The notes under the pieces: model-generated
Told to the model about the DNA's origin: nothing
What the model saw: only the letters and a program-made list of their open reading frames with translations
Databases searched by the model: none
Made by a program: the position numbers and the translations under genes
Shown: positions 50,578-62,396 of the stretch, piece by piece
How the letters are laid out: every line of letters begins with the position of its first letter
How positions within the stretch are numbered: position 1 is the stretch's first letter
Assembly: GCA_017499595.2 (NCBI GenBank)
Contig: CM039007.1
Location: 868,001 to 932,000, forward strand
Direction: 5' to 3'
Source: Psilocybe cubensis
Lineage: Eukaryota
Length of the DNA: 64,000 bases

Positions 50578-53500
50578 TCAAGCTATACCTCCATCCCAAC
50601 TCGCCCTCTTTCTCTTATTGTCGCTGCGAAGCATGAGGTCCTGTGGACAGACAGCGCTCTGGCTCTGGCCCCTATGATGGCTCATTGATCTCCCAAGAGT
50701 CCCATTTCCCGAGCGCTGTGGTTGCTTACGACTCCTAATAGTCCCGTCCTTGTTCGAACCCCTTCCACCATCCTCGGCACCACCGTGCCCATCAACAGTC
50801 GCACCTACGATCCCCAACTCGCTGAGCTCCCCGTTTACAGTCGACACCGTCTGAGAAGGCGCCACGAACCGTGCAGGGATCGGCGTTTTCTCCCTACCCA
50901 TACCGCGCTGCCTGATCGTTCCCACAGGGGAGGGGTTGAACCCTCTCAGCGACGCGCCCAGGTTCATATTGAAGCTTCCAAAGCCGGCACCGTTAGCACC
51001 GAACAGAGACGACGAGGACGACACAGCCGTTTGAGCCAGATCTAATGCTAGACCCTGCCTTGCCTCTGAGTAATCCTCTAGCGTCACATCCAGCCCACCG
51101 CCTAAGCCATGGTGGTTGTTCAGCGCACCGTACTGAGAATGATGATGGCCCGGGGCATGCGTGTAATCCGTGTGCAGATCTAGGAATGATAAGTTATATG
51201 GGAAGACATTCCGCCATATTTCGTTATTGAGGTTCTGTTCGTTCATATTCATATGGACGGAGTGGCCAATGCCAATGCCATGTCCTTGATGAGCAGCGGC
51301 GGCGGATGCGGAATTTGATGATGGAGAAAGAATTGACGGGGACGATGGCGAAAGGAGGTTGTTCGTATACACAGAACCCGTAGCCTGTTGTTGCTGTTGC
51401 TGTTGTTGATGATGTTGTTGCTGTTGCTGATGATGTTGCTGCTGCTGCTGCTGCTGTTGTTGTTGTTGTTGAATCTGCTGCTGAACACTACCATTTTGCT
51501 GCTGACGCAGAACCGGCGACATGGGCGGCTGCATCGAACCAGTGCTATTAGCCAACCTCATCGGCTCCGACGCCTTATGCCTCTGTTGCGCGATAAGTCC
51601 ATGCCCATGGCCGTTGCCACTGACAGGAGACGACAGATGCGGGTTGAAAAACGCGTGCAGTGTCCGTGCAGACTCGGCCAACTGTTGTTGCTGCAGATCA
51701 ACGGGGGCGTGCATACTGTGCAGGCCGACATCATCCATCGACATCGGTATTCCGCCGCCGAGGAACACGTTTCGCGCCTCAGAGGGTGGGACGGAGATGG
51801 ATCTTGCGTGATGTCCACCACCACCACCACCGCCTCCTGTAAGTGGGCTATCGAAACTGTGCATCATCGTCCCAGAGGCCCGCCTCATCGGCCGCGGCTG
51901 CGTCAACACGGGTGTAGCTGGCGGTGTTGCATGGAGCTCATTCATATCCACAAGATCATCCAACCCAAACGAATCCGAGCTGAGCGAGTTGTCCAAATCA
52001 ACCGAATTAGCTTCCTCCTCTTCCTGGAGACTTCTCATCTGCTGCTGCTGCTGAAGTTGTGCCTTTTCCGGTGAATGCGGGATCCCAAACGCCATCTCCA
52101 TCATAACAGCGTCCTGCTCGTCATCGTTATTCCCAGTCCCTGCACCTCCGACCCCATCTCGCCTCCCATCATCCATCGCATCGCCCCCATTTCCAGACGC
52201 AGTCGACGCACCGGAGCTCGAATCCACACGGTCGTTCAACGAAATACCCGTCAGCCCAAGCTCATCAATCGCCGCCAAACTCGTCGAGTGCGAATGCCCG
52301 TGCCCATGTCCATGTCCATGCAACTGCATCGGATGAATACCCTCCAGCCCCAACCCCGAAATCTCCCCATTCTGTCCCGCACCCCCAAAACCAGCCCCGG
52401 CACCCCCATACGCTGCCCCGGACGAGAGCGACAGCGGGAGAAACGCGGCGGCGAACGACGACGGCTGCTGGTGCATACGCGCGCCGCCCGAGATGAGGTC
52501 GCCCGCAATCTGCGAATGGTACCCCTTCGACGTGCCGCTCGCACCGCCCAGGCCCAGCCCGAGCCCAAACTCGCCCGAAAACGTCGTGTGCGTGTCGCCG
52601 TGCCCCACCTCCGACGAGTTGCTGTCGGGCATGTACGGTGGGAAGAGGTCGTACCGGTCGAGCACGTCGTGGTTCAGATGCGGGTGGAAGGAGAACGGCG
52701 AGGCGGGCGAGAAGCTCGAGGCGTCGATGTACGACGATGACGAGGCGCTGCTGCTTGCGTTCCCGCCGTTTCCGCTGTCCAGCCGCGGATTAGGCGAGAA
52801 CCAGTCGTTGGTGCCCCAAGCGCTTTTCCCGATCATGTTGCCCATGTTGTGCGAGCCGGGAATGTCAGTACGTCTATGGATGAAAGGTGACGAGGCACTT
52901 GATGCACTGTTGCTCGTGGCATTGCCGGTCAAGAAAAAGTCTGAGACGTGGCTAGAAGTCGGTGACGCAGCAGCTGTCGACCATGCAGCTGTAGACGAAT
53001 GTGTTGGAGTGTTGAGTCCAGACGACCAGGTCTCCATGTCGGAATGTGTATGATTCGGGAGGAAGTCGGGGATGTTCAGTGGGTCCGTATCGACGAGCAC
53101 AAGATCCATGTCCTCATCCTCAGGTCCATCATTGTATTCCGTCGGTTGGGAAACAGGAGCCGACGTAGTAGTTGATGGGGCAGTTGTATTTGAAGAAGCA
53201 GACCCCGAAGTCGAAATCACCGGCGCACTGACAGACGTAGTACCCTTCACGGGTCTTTTCATCTTCGACCCCGCCCTAAAATCATGATTCCCATCCACAA
53301 ACACTGGCAACGGTGGAGTCTTGAACACCCTTCGCGAGCTCTCGCTCTCCTCCTCTCCTCCCGAACTGTCCTCATCCTCCGAACACGCCGTGCTCTGTGG
53401 GACACTCTTCGTACCGCCTCTCAGGAGCCCCTGACTCGTATGCGCCCTCCGCCGACTCCTCACCGGTCCAGCAGTCGCTAGCTGATCATCCGCCGCCCTC

Positions 53501-54570
53501 ATAACCTGCGGCGCACCATCCAGGTTATCCTTATCCCGCTTCTTGCTCGCCGCCGCCGTGCGCGGTTTGTACCCCGCCGCCTGATAGAGCATCGGGAAAG
53601 CATTGCGGAACCGGTCACGCAGATCTGTCGAGCGGCGGTTCTGCTCCTGGAAGATCGGGTCTTTGACAATCGTCGCCCACGTCGTGCCGTGTTTCTCATA
53701 GCCTGCCTTCAGTGCGCGGTCCTCCGCCTCTGTGAATGGCCTCCTCCGCTTACTGCGTGTTTTCTCGAAGAGGGAGGTTCCATCCGCAAAGGTCGAACGA
53801 ATCTTGCTGGAAAGGTGAGTGCGTGCATTCGGGTAGTGTTTCTTGTATGCATCAGGGAAGTAGGTCCGGAATCTACAGCCCCAATACATTGTAAGCGTCA
53901 TATGATAGTCATTAAAAAATAAAGCGTGCCTGTCTTTAAGATCCACGGCTGAGCGATCATGAAATGTGAATTCAGGGTCTTGTAGAATAGTTTTCCAGTT
54001 TCCAACGCCATGCTTGGATTCCGTTGAATACGAACACAAGGGAGGAAGCATATAACATGAACTCACCTTATTGCACCCGTCAACCAGCATCTGCGTCTCC
54101 TCCGAAGACCATTTCTTCCTAGGTTTCTTCTCCAGAACCAAAGCCGAGTCGTCGCTGTTCTGCGTCGGGTCAATCTTCCGCATCTTGCCCTTCTTCTCCG
54201 GCAGCCCGTCGGTGGGCGGCGTCGTCGTCTCTGAAGGTGATCCTGCCAACGGCGAACTCGTAGCGGTATTAGCTGACGTAGCCTTCCCCGCCGCCGCCGT
54301 AACATTCGCATCCTCCGAAGCCTGTGGCTGTAACCCCATTTCGTCTCTGAAGCTCCATGGCTTGACAATACGAGGCGACGAGGGCGAGGCCAGCGACACC
54401 CGGCGGTGCTTCAGCGCCGTCACATTGGCCGCCGACACAGGGGACACAGGGAACGGGGCCTTGAACGAGAACGTCGACGTCGACGGCAGGCCCGGTGCAG
54501 GGGGCCCAGGCGACGACTGTCCGTTTCCCGCATGCGGTCTCACCGTGCTTGAATTATAACTCGCCGCCAT
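50578..54570 (-). CDS. Double Myb/telobox protein, Tay1/Teb1-like telomere-repeat-binding factor with long low-complexity tail
   Basis: RKKWSSEETQMLVDGCNK|HGVGNWKTIL...RSAVDLKDR|FRT and RRPFTEAEDRALKAGYEKHGTTWATI...RRSTDLRDRFRN. Confidence 0.85.
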   Translation of the reverse strand: MAASYNSSTVRPHAGNGQSSPGPPAPGLPSTSTFSFKAPFPVSPVSAANVTALKHRRVSLASPSSPRIVKPWSFRDEMGLQPQASEDANVTAAAGKATSANTATSSPLAGSPSETTTPPTDGLPEKKGKMRKIDPTQNSDDSALVLEKKPRKKWSSEETQMLVDGCNKVSSCYMLPPLCSYSTESKHGVGNWKTILQDPEFTFHDRSAVDLKDRHALFFNDYHMTLTMYWGCRFRTYFPDAYKKHYPNARTHLSSKIRSTFADGTSLFEKTRSKRRRPFTEAEDRALKAGYEKHGTTWATIVKDPIFQEQNRRSTDLRDRFRNAFPMLYQAAGYKPRTAAASKKRDKDNLDGAPQVMRAADDQLATAGPVRSRRRAHTSQGLLRGGTKSVPQSTACSEDEDSSGGEEESESSRRVFKTPPLPVFVDGNHDFRAGSKMKRPVKGTTSVSAPVISTSGSASSNTTAPSTTTSAPVSQPTEYNDGPEDEDMDLVLVDTDPLNIPDFLPNHTHSDMETWSSGLNTPTHSSTAAWSTAAASPTSSHVSDFFLTGNATSNSASSASSPFIHRRTDIPGSHNMGNMIGKSAWGTNDWFSPNPRLDSGNGGNASSSASSSSYIDASSFSPASPFSFHPHLNHDVLDRYDLFPPYMPDSNSSEVGHGDTHTTFSGEFGLGLGLGGASGTSKGYHSQIAGDLISGGARMHQQPSSFAAAFLPLSLSSGAAYGGAGAGFGGAGQNGEISGLGLEGIHPMQLHGHGHGHGHSHSTSLAAIDELGLTGISLNDRVDSSSGASTASGNGGDAMDDGRRDGVGGAGTGNNDDEQDAVMMEMAFGIPHSPEKAQLQQQQQMRSLQEEEEANSVDLDNSLSSDSFGLDDLVDMNELHATPPATPVLTQPRPMRRASGTMMHSFDSPLTGGGGGGGGHHARSISVPPSEARNVFLGGGIPMSMDDVGLHSMHAPVDLQQQQLAESARTLHAFFNPHLSSPVSGNGHGHGLIAQQRHKASEPMRLANSTGSMQPPMSPVLRQQQNGSVQQQIQQQQQQQQQQQQHHQQQQQHHQQQQQQQQATGSVYTNNLLSPSSPSILSPSSNSASAAAAHQGHGIGIGHSVHMNMNEQNLNNEIWRNVFPYNLSFLDLHTDYTHAPGHHHSQYGALNNHHGLGGGLDVTLEDYSEARQGLALDLAQTAVSSSSSLFGANGAGFGSFNMNLGASLRGFNPSPVGTIRQRGMGREKTPIPARFVAPSQTVSTVNGELSELGIVGATVDGHGGAEDGGRGSNKDGTIRSRKQPQRSGNGTLGRSMSHHRGQSQSAVCPQDLMLRSDNKRKRASWDGGIA
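51385..51483 (-). repeat. CAG/CAA/CAT coding repeat (polyQ with His pairs)
   Basis: QQQIQQQQQQQQQQQQHHQQQQQHHQQQQQQQQ in the Myb protein. Confidence 0.9.
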
Positions 54571-55681
54571 AAATCGCGCCTTCTTCTTCTTCTTCTCCCA
54601 CAATTACAGCCCGCCTTGTTTGTTCCTTTGCTTGCTCGCTCGGGGAGAGCCTACACGGGGAAATGAGATAATCCCTGCGCCTGTGTTTGGAGTGTGAGGC
54701 CAGTCGGTTGTAAGCACAAGACAGAACAAGACAAGATCCGATATGAAAAGAGTATGAATGAAAGATGTTTCTGATAGGAATGAAGAGAAGAAAGAGCAAA
54801 AAAGAGAGAGTCCAAACAGAGCAAGAGAGTCCTCGTTGCTGCTGCCAGGCTTGGGTGCGGCGGTGCCGTGTACGTATGTATTTCTGTGCTGTTTCCTTCC
54901 TTCCTTCCAAGTCTGGGTGCTGATTCAGACCCTTGATTCCGGGTTTGAAATAGCCAGCGTGTGTCTGTCTGTCAACTATGAGTCCACGTTCGCGCCGCAG
55001 CTGGATATGTTGAGAATAGGACGAGTTTTGGGTGAGGAAAGAGGCGTATGTTTGGGCACGTTGTAGTGGTAGCAGTTGAGAAGGGGACTGACTCCCTTCC
55101 TTACTCGGCGACCACGCGACAATAATCTCCATCAGTCCAAGCCTCATGATGGCTTAGAATCAGAACAAAATATATCTACGCCGATACTTTGGGGTTTGAT
55201 TAATTGCAATCGATATTTCACAGAATACAAACTACAAGCTACATGATGTTATGAACAAGCTTTGGAATCAAGTATTACCACCTGAACATAGGAGGCGATC
55301 CAACTTCCCTTGCCCAACATGTGTACTCCCACAAACATGCGCAGGTCGGATGCTATCGGCATTGGGACGGGCAAAAGATGGATTTCCAGACATAAAGTTG
55401 TGTCGTGCGATCCGGGAACGGCATCTGCGAGAGAACAAATCCACAAAACCTCGGTATTATTCTCATGAAAGTAGGGCAGCGGGTTTGGCAGCGATATCGC
55501 CTACGCGGACATACCCCGACTATCACACACGCGCCTACAAATACCTTCTTTGAAACAGGGTCCGCCGCAACATGCCAAAAAAGAAGAGGAGAAAGAAAAA
55601 AAATGTACACGCGTCCCCGCCTCATGCTCATTAAATATATGTACACGCCGCCAATGACTCTTGAAGGTTTCTAATCGTACC

Positions 55682-57283
55682 CTAAGCCGTCTGCGGCACC
55701 TCAGACGCGAGTCTGGTTGCGACTTTGTTCAATTTGTCAACCCACTCTCCGATCCTATTCGACAAACCAGCAATTTGTTCCCGGGACAGCACCCGCGGCT
55801 GTACCCAAGTGATGAGTACTTTCTGATCAACCTCGTCAATGGAACCTTTGATAAGTTTCAGACTATACAGACAAAAAGTTATATTAGATTCCGAATATCG
55901 CAAAACAAAAACACAGCCTAACCTCAATGCTCTCATAACCAAAAACTCAACGTCCTCAATTGGCAAATGTGTTTCCTCAGCAATCGTCTTGAATGACATT
56001 GTTCTGTTATTTCCCTGTCGTCTGAAAGCAGATTCGATCAACGCCATCAGGCAGATCTTTTGTTGTAGGAACGCGATGTTCTGCGCCAGGGGTGGCTTTG
56101 CGGTTCACCGACATCAGACAGACAGAAAAAGGTAAAATTATTGGATTTAAGCTTACCTTGCTCGCGAAAAGTGGAACAAGGGCCTCGTATTTCCCAATGC
56201 TGCCCTCATTGAAGGTGAACAAAAGTTTCTTCAACCACGCGTGATTTGTGCCGTCTAATGAATCCAAAATTGGGTGTTGAAGCTAAGAAAGACGCGCGTT
56301 ACATGGAATGATAGCAAAAAAGATCAAGAAAAAGTGCTGTACCAGTTCACCAAAGTTATAAATGGTATCTGCAAGCAGCGCCGACAAGCTAAGGTCATGC
56401 GCTCTCTCCAATCGTTCCTGAGGCGACATATCCTTCTCAATATCGACACACGCAAGGTAAAGCAGTGAGTTCTTGTAATACGACGCAAAGTCACCCTTCA
56501 TCTGATAATCGACGACATCCTATCAATAACTATGTTGACCACAACAATATAATACAGACTTACCTTGAAATAATCCGCCGCGACACGGTAGTACGCCGCG
56601 TTCACGCTATTCTCCACGCTATCTAGGCTGTCTAGAATTTTCTGCGCCGCGTCGATGTCCGTCTTCGTTCCCTGCTGGTCCCCAAACAGTAGCTTCGCTT
56701 TTGCGATCGCGGTGAGCAAGATGACGTGCGCTTCAGGTGCTGTCTCCTTGTCGATCCGCGAGAGGAGCGCAGTGAGGAAGTTCTGGGGCGCTATTCCACC
56801 ATATCAGACCCACAGGAATATTTTTCAGGGAGTCAAGAAAGATCATAGCATAAGAAAGAACATAAAGATGATCAGCAACCTATGAACATATCGCCCGACC
56901 AAAATACGGGCACTCACCGTCGATCACACCCGCTACTTTAACAGCCATCTCCGCCAACCGTAGCTGGTTCAGTTTCGACTCGAAATCCCTTACAAACAAC
57001 TCAAACACTCGCTGTCGGAAAGGTCCCGATGACGGATGGTCGAAGAATTCGAAGAGCTTCAGTGTAAGCTGATGCCATAGTCTGCATTATCATTAATTTC
57101 CAAAACATCAAAACGATCGATAACTTCTCAGCGCATGTGTATATAATCAACTCACTTCCGTGTGTACAGAGTCTTGAACGACTCAAAGAACGGATGCAGC
57201 TCCGCTGGAGTGTGCGCAAGCGCTCCGGAGATGAAGTCCTCCAGCACAAGCTTGGGTGGTTGAGCTGCTGTTGGCTGTGCCAT
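55682..57283 (-). CDS. RPN9: 26S proteasome lid subunit Rpn9 (PSMD13)
   Basis: LYTRK|[75 protein letters not shown] (PCI domain). Confidence 0.95.
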
Positions 57284-58024
57284 ATATTCTTGATATCGAG
57301 TTCCTTTTTCGTTGGTATACAGAAGAATTATAGAAAAAAAATGGGGAAACGGAAGGCGATGTGCGGATGGGAGATTGGGTTTACAGAGTGATCATATCCC
57401 TGTCGAGCTAGGGCGAGACGCGTCGCCCTAAATGTGTCCTTGTTTGGCTGGCACGTGAAGTTCAAGCTAATCAAAATATCGTAACTGGCACCGAGCTGCA
57501 GTCCTTTGAACAACACCACACGATTTGAATCCAAACCAACAACTCGACTTGTTCCGAACTATCTATGTATGAGATAAATCGACCTTGGAAACAATGCAGA
57601 GGTTTTGCTTACAGATATGCCACCTCAACTGCCAAATCGATACGAAGATCATTTTTCATTTTGTCCGACTCCCAAAGGTGGCCCTAATAAATATAAGTAC
57701 GTTGAATTCTTTCTACGGCTTCTTGAACAGGCTCCAGGACTAAGGAATAACTCTTGACAGGCGTCTAAAATCTTCTTTCGACACTTAGATTCATTCATTC
57801 TACTTTGAATGCCAGCACTGCCATCTGATTCAAATTCGCCAGGCAGAAAAATATCCTGCACCTGATGATGATCCTATCGCCATCTCAGCTTGACAAGTCT
57901 TGACTTATCGAGCAACTTCCAAGTGATCTTCAACCGAATTTAAGCCGGCACTTCGACTAGATGGTTTTCGTTCTATTTTTAGAACGACCCTCAGCGTTGT
58001 GTCGCTGCAGGAAACCCATGAGGC

Positions 58025-58655
58025 GAGGACAGGTGGTTTGCGAAAAAAAAAGGCGCGGACTGTCCGCCAGACTGTCTGCCGGACTGTCCGCCGGACTTAT
58101 AGGCCTTACAGTGAGCCAGCGTGACCTGGGTTAGTGACAGCCGTGCTCACTGTGTTCCACAGCGACCACTGGCAGTGCCCCTCCCCAACAACTACCACCC
58201 TCCACCTCCAAGCTGACCTTGAGGATGGTCACCATTGTTTCAGCTTTGTAGATTTTTGCTCTTTATATTACAATTTTTTTCCTATAGAAGTACATACTGT
58301 CTCTGTCTCAATGACTGCGTTGGTGTAGTAAATGAAGCGCCCGAATAACAGCTTGCTTGACGTTGATGTTGAGCCAGCCAATATTCAAAAAAAGCCGCAA
58401 TGTGCCAAACAAATTCTCACGCGTTATGCAGCAGTTTAAATGTGCTACCAACAATGCGTGCGCTGTGTAGCGCATCAGACGGTGGGGCATTGTTGGGAAA
58501 TGAGCTCGCTGTCTAGGGCAGTGACCATGCAAGTGAATCCCCCGACGTGGCCTGGAGGTCACACTATGGTCACAAATACCCACCATATACCCAGTGTCCG
58601 GCGGACAGTCCGCCAGACAGTCCGCGCAAAAAAATCTCGTGGACGAACCTTTCTG
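58025..58655. mobile_element. Non-autonomous hAT-like MITE
   Basis: 8-bp direct repeat CATGAGGC at 58017-58024 and 58656-58663. Inverted subterminal arrays of GGACTGTCCGCC-like units start at the same distance from both ends (GCGCGGAC ends at nt 36 on each side). Confidence 0.7.
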
Positions 58656-58753
58656 CATGAGGCTTCAGCAATGCCATCAAATCGTAATGATACTTCAAGC
58701 CTCTATGCAGCAGGGCCGCTGCTCTTAACTGAACTTTGGAATCTCACACCAAA

Positions 58754-60119
58754 ATGTCAAGGACGAACATTATTCTCTCAACACCTCATAACTACGACCT
58801 CCAAGGCTTAGCCGAAACGACCCAACAGTCTTTAAGCCTCCTGAAACCCTGGACAACACTTCCCCCGTCTCCGTTCGTAATTTTTTCCAATAAGCTCATA
58901 CTTTCTGCTAATGTTCTGCACGAAACTATAGATCAAACCCACTCATTGGAGAGATATCCACAAAGGCAGCTAATTATGTATCTGCTATACAAATGGGCGT
59001 ATCAGCAGCATACAGCGGCTTCACCGTAACCGAAGAGGTACTGTTTCTAGCCAAAGTGCTCCCGGTCGACGATCAGGAGGATCTTAAGCAATACCTTGTG
59101 GGTATGATGGATCTCGCGCGGGAAGCACGGGAAAATGCAAACAGCGCATTCCAAGCCTTTCGCAATGTGCGCACCGACATCTATGAAGTAAGTCAATGGA
59201 TTTTTTTTTTACTAAAATCCGTTGATATTTACTGCTTATTGCACAGACGATGTCCAAATTGACAGAACAGCTCAAATCTGCTGACCACCCTGGTCATAGG
59301 GCTAGAGACGACTATCCACAGTACCGCAAGGAAGATCTCGACGTTTTAGTCAAATTCAGCGAATACCTATCGAAATACGCAGAGTGGTGGGACTGGATCA
59401 AAGTCGAGACGGACCCCTCCTCAAGCTCGAAAAATGAACCCCTTGCTTTTCAGCTGGACAGCCTGACTGATCCAGAAGCTGTCAAAAGGTGGACACAGCT
59501 TAGATCGCAGTATACTGCCTACGTTCAGATGGTGAGCATAGAAATCTCCAATCAATTCAGCATATCGATCATAAACCCTCCTCATCATTCATTATATGCT
59601 CAGATTGGAGAATTCGAGGACTCGGATCCACAGTTTTTCAACCGATCTATTTCGCCATCGCCGGAAGCCGCTGGTCAAAGTTCGACGAACAAACATATAA
59701 TGGACGTTTCATCTACCCCATCCTCAACGGCCACATTACACGCCTCTTCTCATGCGACTGGACCACAAACTGTCAACGGCTCAAGCATTCCCCCTCATAA
59801 ACCAAACAAACCTACTCCAGAAAGAGCTTCATCCGTCGATATTAAGCTAAATGGCAATAAATCTTCGGGCCCGTCATGGCACATCAAATCCGTCAACCTC
59901 ATATCAAAATTCATCAAATCTCTCCAAATAACAAAGTTCGGACAAATAGCAATCCGCTGCGTCACAAAACGTGGTTCTTACGCGGCGCAGAATCCAAACC
60001 AAACCTCTACTGAGCCTTCGCCCAAAAAGAAGAAAAATGAAAAGAAAGCACCCACTCCATCTTCCTCCGTCAATCCTTCGCCGACAAAAAACAGTACTCC
60101 CAAAACCAGCAGTGATTGA
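58754..60119 (+). CDS. Hypothetical protein (helical N-terminal region, Ser/Pro-rich tail)
   Basis: Chain of ORFs 58736-59029, 58993-59262 and 59250-60119 with GT-AG joins; no recognised domain; boundaries uncertain. Confidence 0.55.
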
Positions 60120-60804
60120 CACGGCTCCGTACACAGTTTCGATACTTTATTCTAGTTTGTTTGCGTCTATGACTATACGATATGTTGTGAGAGTTCGTAG
60201 ACTTAATCACATCCCTGCTCTGCCCCAGCTTCCCATTTATTTACCTGTTTTTGATTGACACGATTGCTTTGGGAACGAAATTGATTATGCGTGATAACCC
60301 TGGGTTTTTGTGGGTTTGAGCGGCGTTCTCCTACGACACCGTCTTCCTAGCCAAGTCTCGAAGTCAGACTTTGGCTCACTGAATAATGCCAATCAGACAT
60401 TTCCTGATCCTGTTTTCGCTTTCTGAAGCTATATATAACATGGTCCACAATCAAAAATTCTTAATATTTCTGCTTTGTATGCGTTGCGTGTAAATAGCCA
60501 AGCAGTGAATGCATTGATATCAGAATGGATGAATGTGTACGTAAAGAAAGAAGGGGTAAAAAAATGAAAAACAGCCAAGAGCCGTACAAATCAACTCGAG
60601 GAAATTAGGGAATTCGTTACGAATGAATGCATATTAGGTGAACTACGAAGGGGTGTCCATAACATGGTCAAAAAACCATCATCATCAAAAGGTTCGAACA
60701 AAGAAAGAGCCACAGGGATAAATAAAGTCTATGAGCGAAGTACCATGAACATCAGGTTCTTCTCGAACTCAAGCGAAAAACGACGAAGGTGACCCCTGAG
60801 CCGC

Positions 60805-61536
60805 TCAGAACTTGGTGACAGCAGAGCGGGCCGACCTGTAGGCGTTTCCAACAGAGCCAAAGGAGCGACTGTTGTCCCAGTTGTTGCCGCTGGGGACGAT
60901 GTAGGACCTGCCGAGGTCGTGGCCGGAGAATCCCCAGTCGTTGACGCTGAGCGAGCCGTCGCTCTCGTAGAAGCTGTTGAAGTGGGAGAGGATTCCAGAA
61001 TCGTAGCCGACGTTGCGACCGGAGAAGCGGCGCAGGTCGCGGCTGAAGCCGTGCAGGCTTGAGTGGAACTGCTCGAAGACGACGGTTTGAGTCTCAACTT
61101 CACAGATCTGCTCGGAGATGATGCTGGAGAGTGGTTGGAGGGTCAGTCAAGTGTATGGCTTGGTAGGAAAGAAACTGACCGCTTGGCCATCTCCTGGAGG
61201 ACGAGGAGACGCTGTTGGATGATGGTAATGCTCTGCGAGTGGCAGACGACTTCCTTCTCCTTGACTACAGAGATGGAGCTCTCGCTGAAGTGGCTATTGT
61301 CAAAGTTATCGGCTCCATAGAAGTTGTCGAAGTTGTGGAAGGAACTGAGTCCTTGGTAGCCGTTGAAGGAGTGGAATCCACCGCGGGCGACTAAGAAAAG
61401 ATAGGATTGAGTGATGCAGATCAGCGACATAGACATAGTATGTCATACCTAAATCGGTGTTCGTGGGGGCGGCAGAGACACCAGCAGAGAGGACGGAAAT
61501 AGCGACAGTAAGTGCAGCAGCGAATTTAGCGAACAT
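60805..61536 (-). CDS. Small secreted protein, FDS (fruiting-associated)-like family
   Basis: Signal peptide MFAKFAAALTVAISVLSAGVSA; FDNFYG, VCHSQSITIIQQRLLVLQEMAKR|IISEQICEVETQTVVFEQF; 2 introns. Family name is from recall. Confidence 0.75.
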
Positions 61537-62396
61537 GATGATGATTTAAAGTGACGAAATGGAATAAAAGACGAAGTCTAAATAAAATACAAATCAACTT
61601 CATTGTTCCAGTGTAGACCATGGGAGTGTATACTCACTTGCTATAAGCACAAATGTAAGGCCTTCCCTGGAGGATTTGTACGAAGTGATCAAAGACTGTG
61701 GATGGGCAACCGGGCCAAACAAAAGAGCGAAAAGCGAAACAGAAGAAATGGAACGAAAGGATGATGCTTCCCTCCCAAGAATCCCACAGGCTTTTATACC
61801 TCTTTGTTGGTCTTGGCATTTTATCGCTACCACCATATTTCACAGGAACATATGGAACATGACTGGAAGTACAGGCTTCCCGGTGCCTCCACGAACAAAA
61901 CCACGGTTTGACACGGTAATACACCTGTTTACTGTCATAGGTGTGACGGTCGCACAGGACGAGCCAACGCCCGTCTTATTTTTGGCAGATATTCTGCTGT
62001 GAAACGCTGTGAGACGTCGCAATACTCATGGTCCCATAGGCGTCAAATCAAATGCCCATCACAGAGGAAGTCAAACTGGATTTTTGAATGATGAGTCTAT
62101 TCTTGTAAATGAATCAACTGCTATAGGGACAAGAGCACAGACGTACCATTAAGAGCCGTTAAACCCATAAACTCAGTTTCATGCCTGCTAGTAGACGACT
62201 TCGTTAAAAGGCGAGTCGAGTCGGGCCCAAGATAATGCAAGAGATGGAGGCGGAAGGCAAGTTCGGACTTTGTCGGCGTGTGTATTTCATTAAGGTCGCT
62301 CTGGTGCTTGTATTTGTTTGGTTCCGAGGGCAATACATGTTCCAAGTGAAGTCGTTCTGTTTTCTTTGTTTTTCACTTTCTTGACTATCGCTACAC

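Noticed and set aside
50722-53481. Long plus-strand ORFs overlapping the Myb gene
   Set aside because: Antisense shadows of GC-rich, low-complexity coding sequence.
56791-56917. Possible snoRNA in the longer RPN9 intron
   Set aside because: CTGA is present but there is no convincing C box or recognisable rRNA guide.
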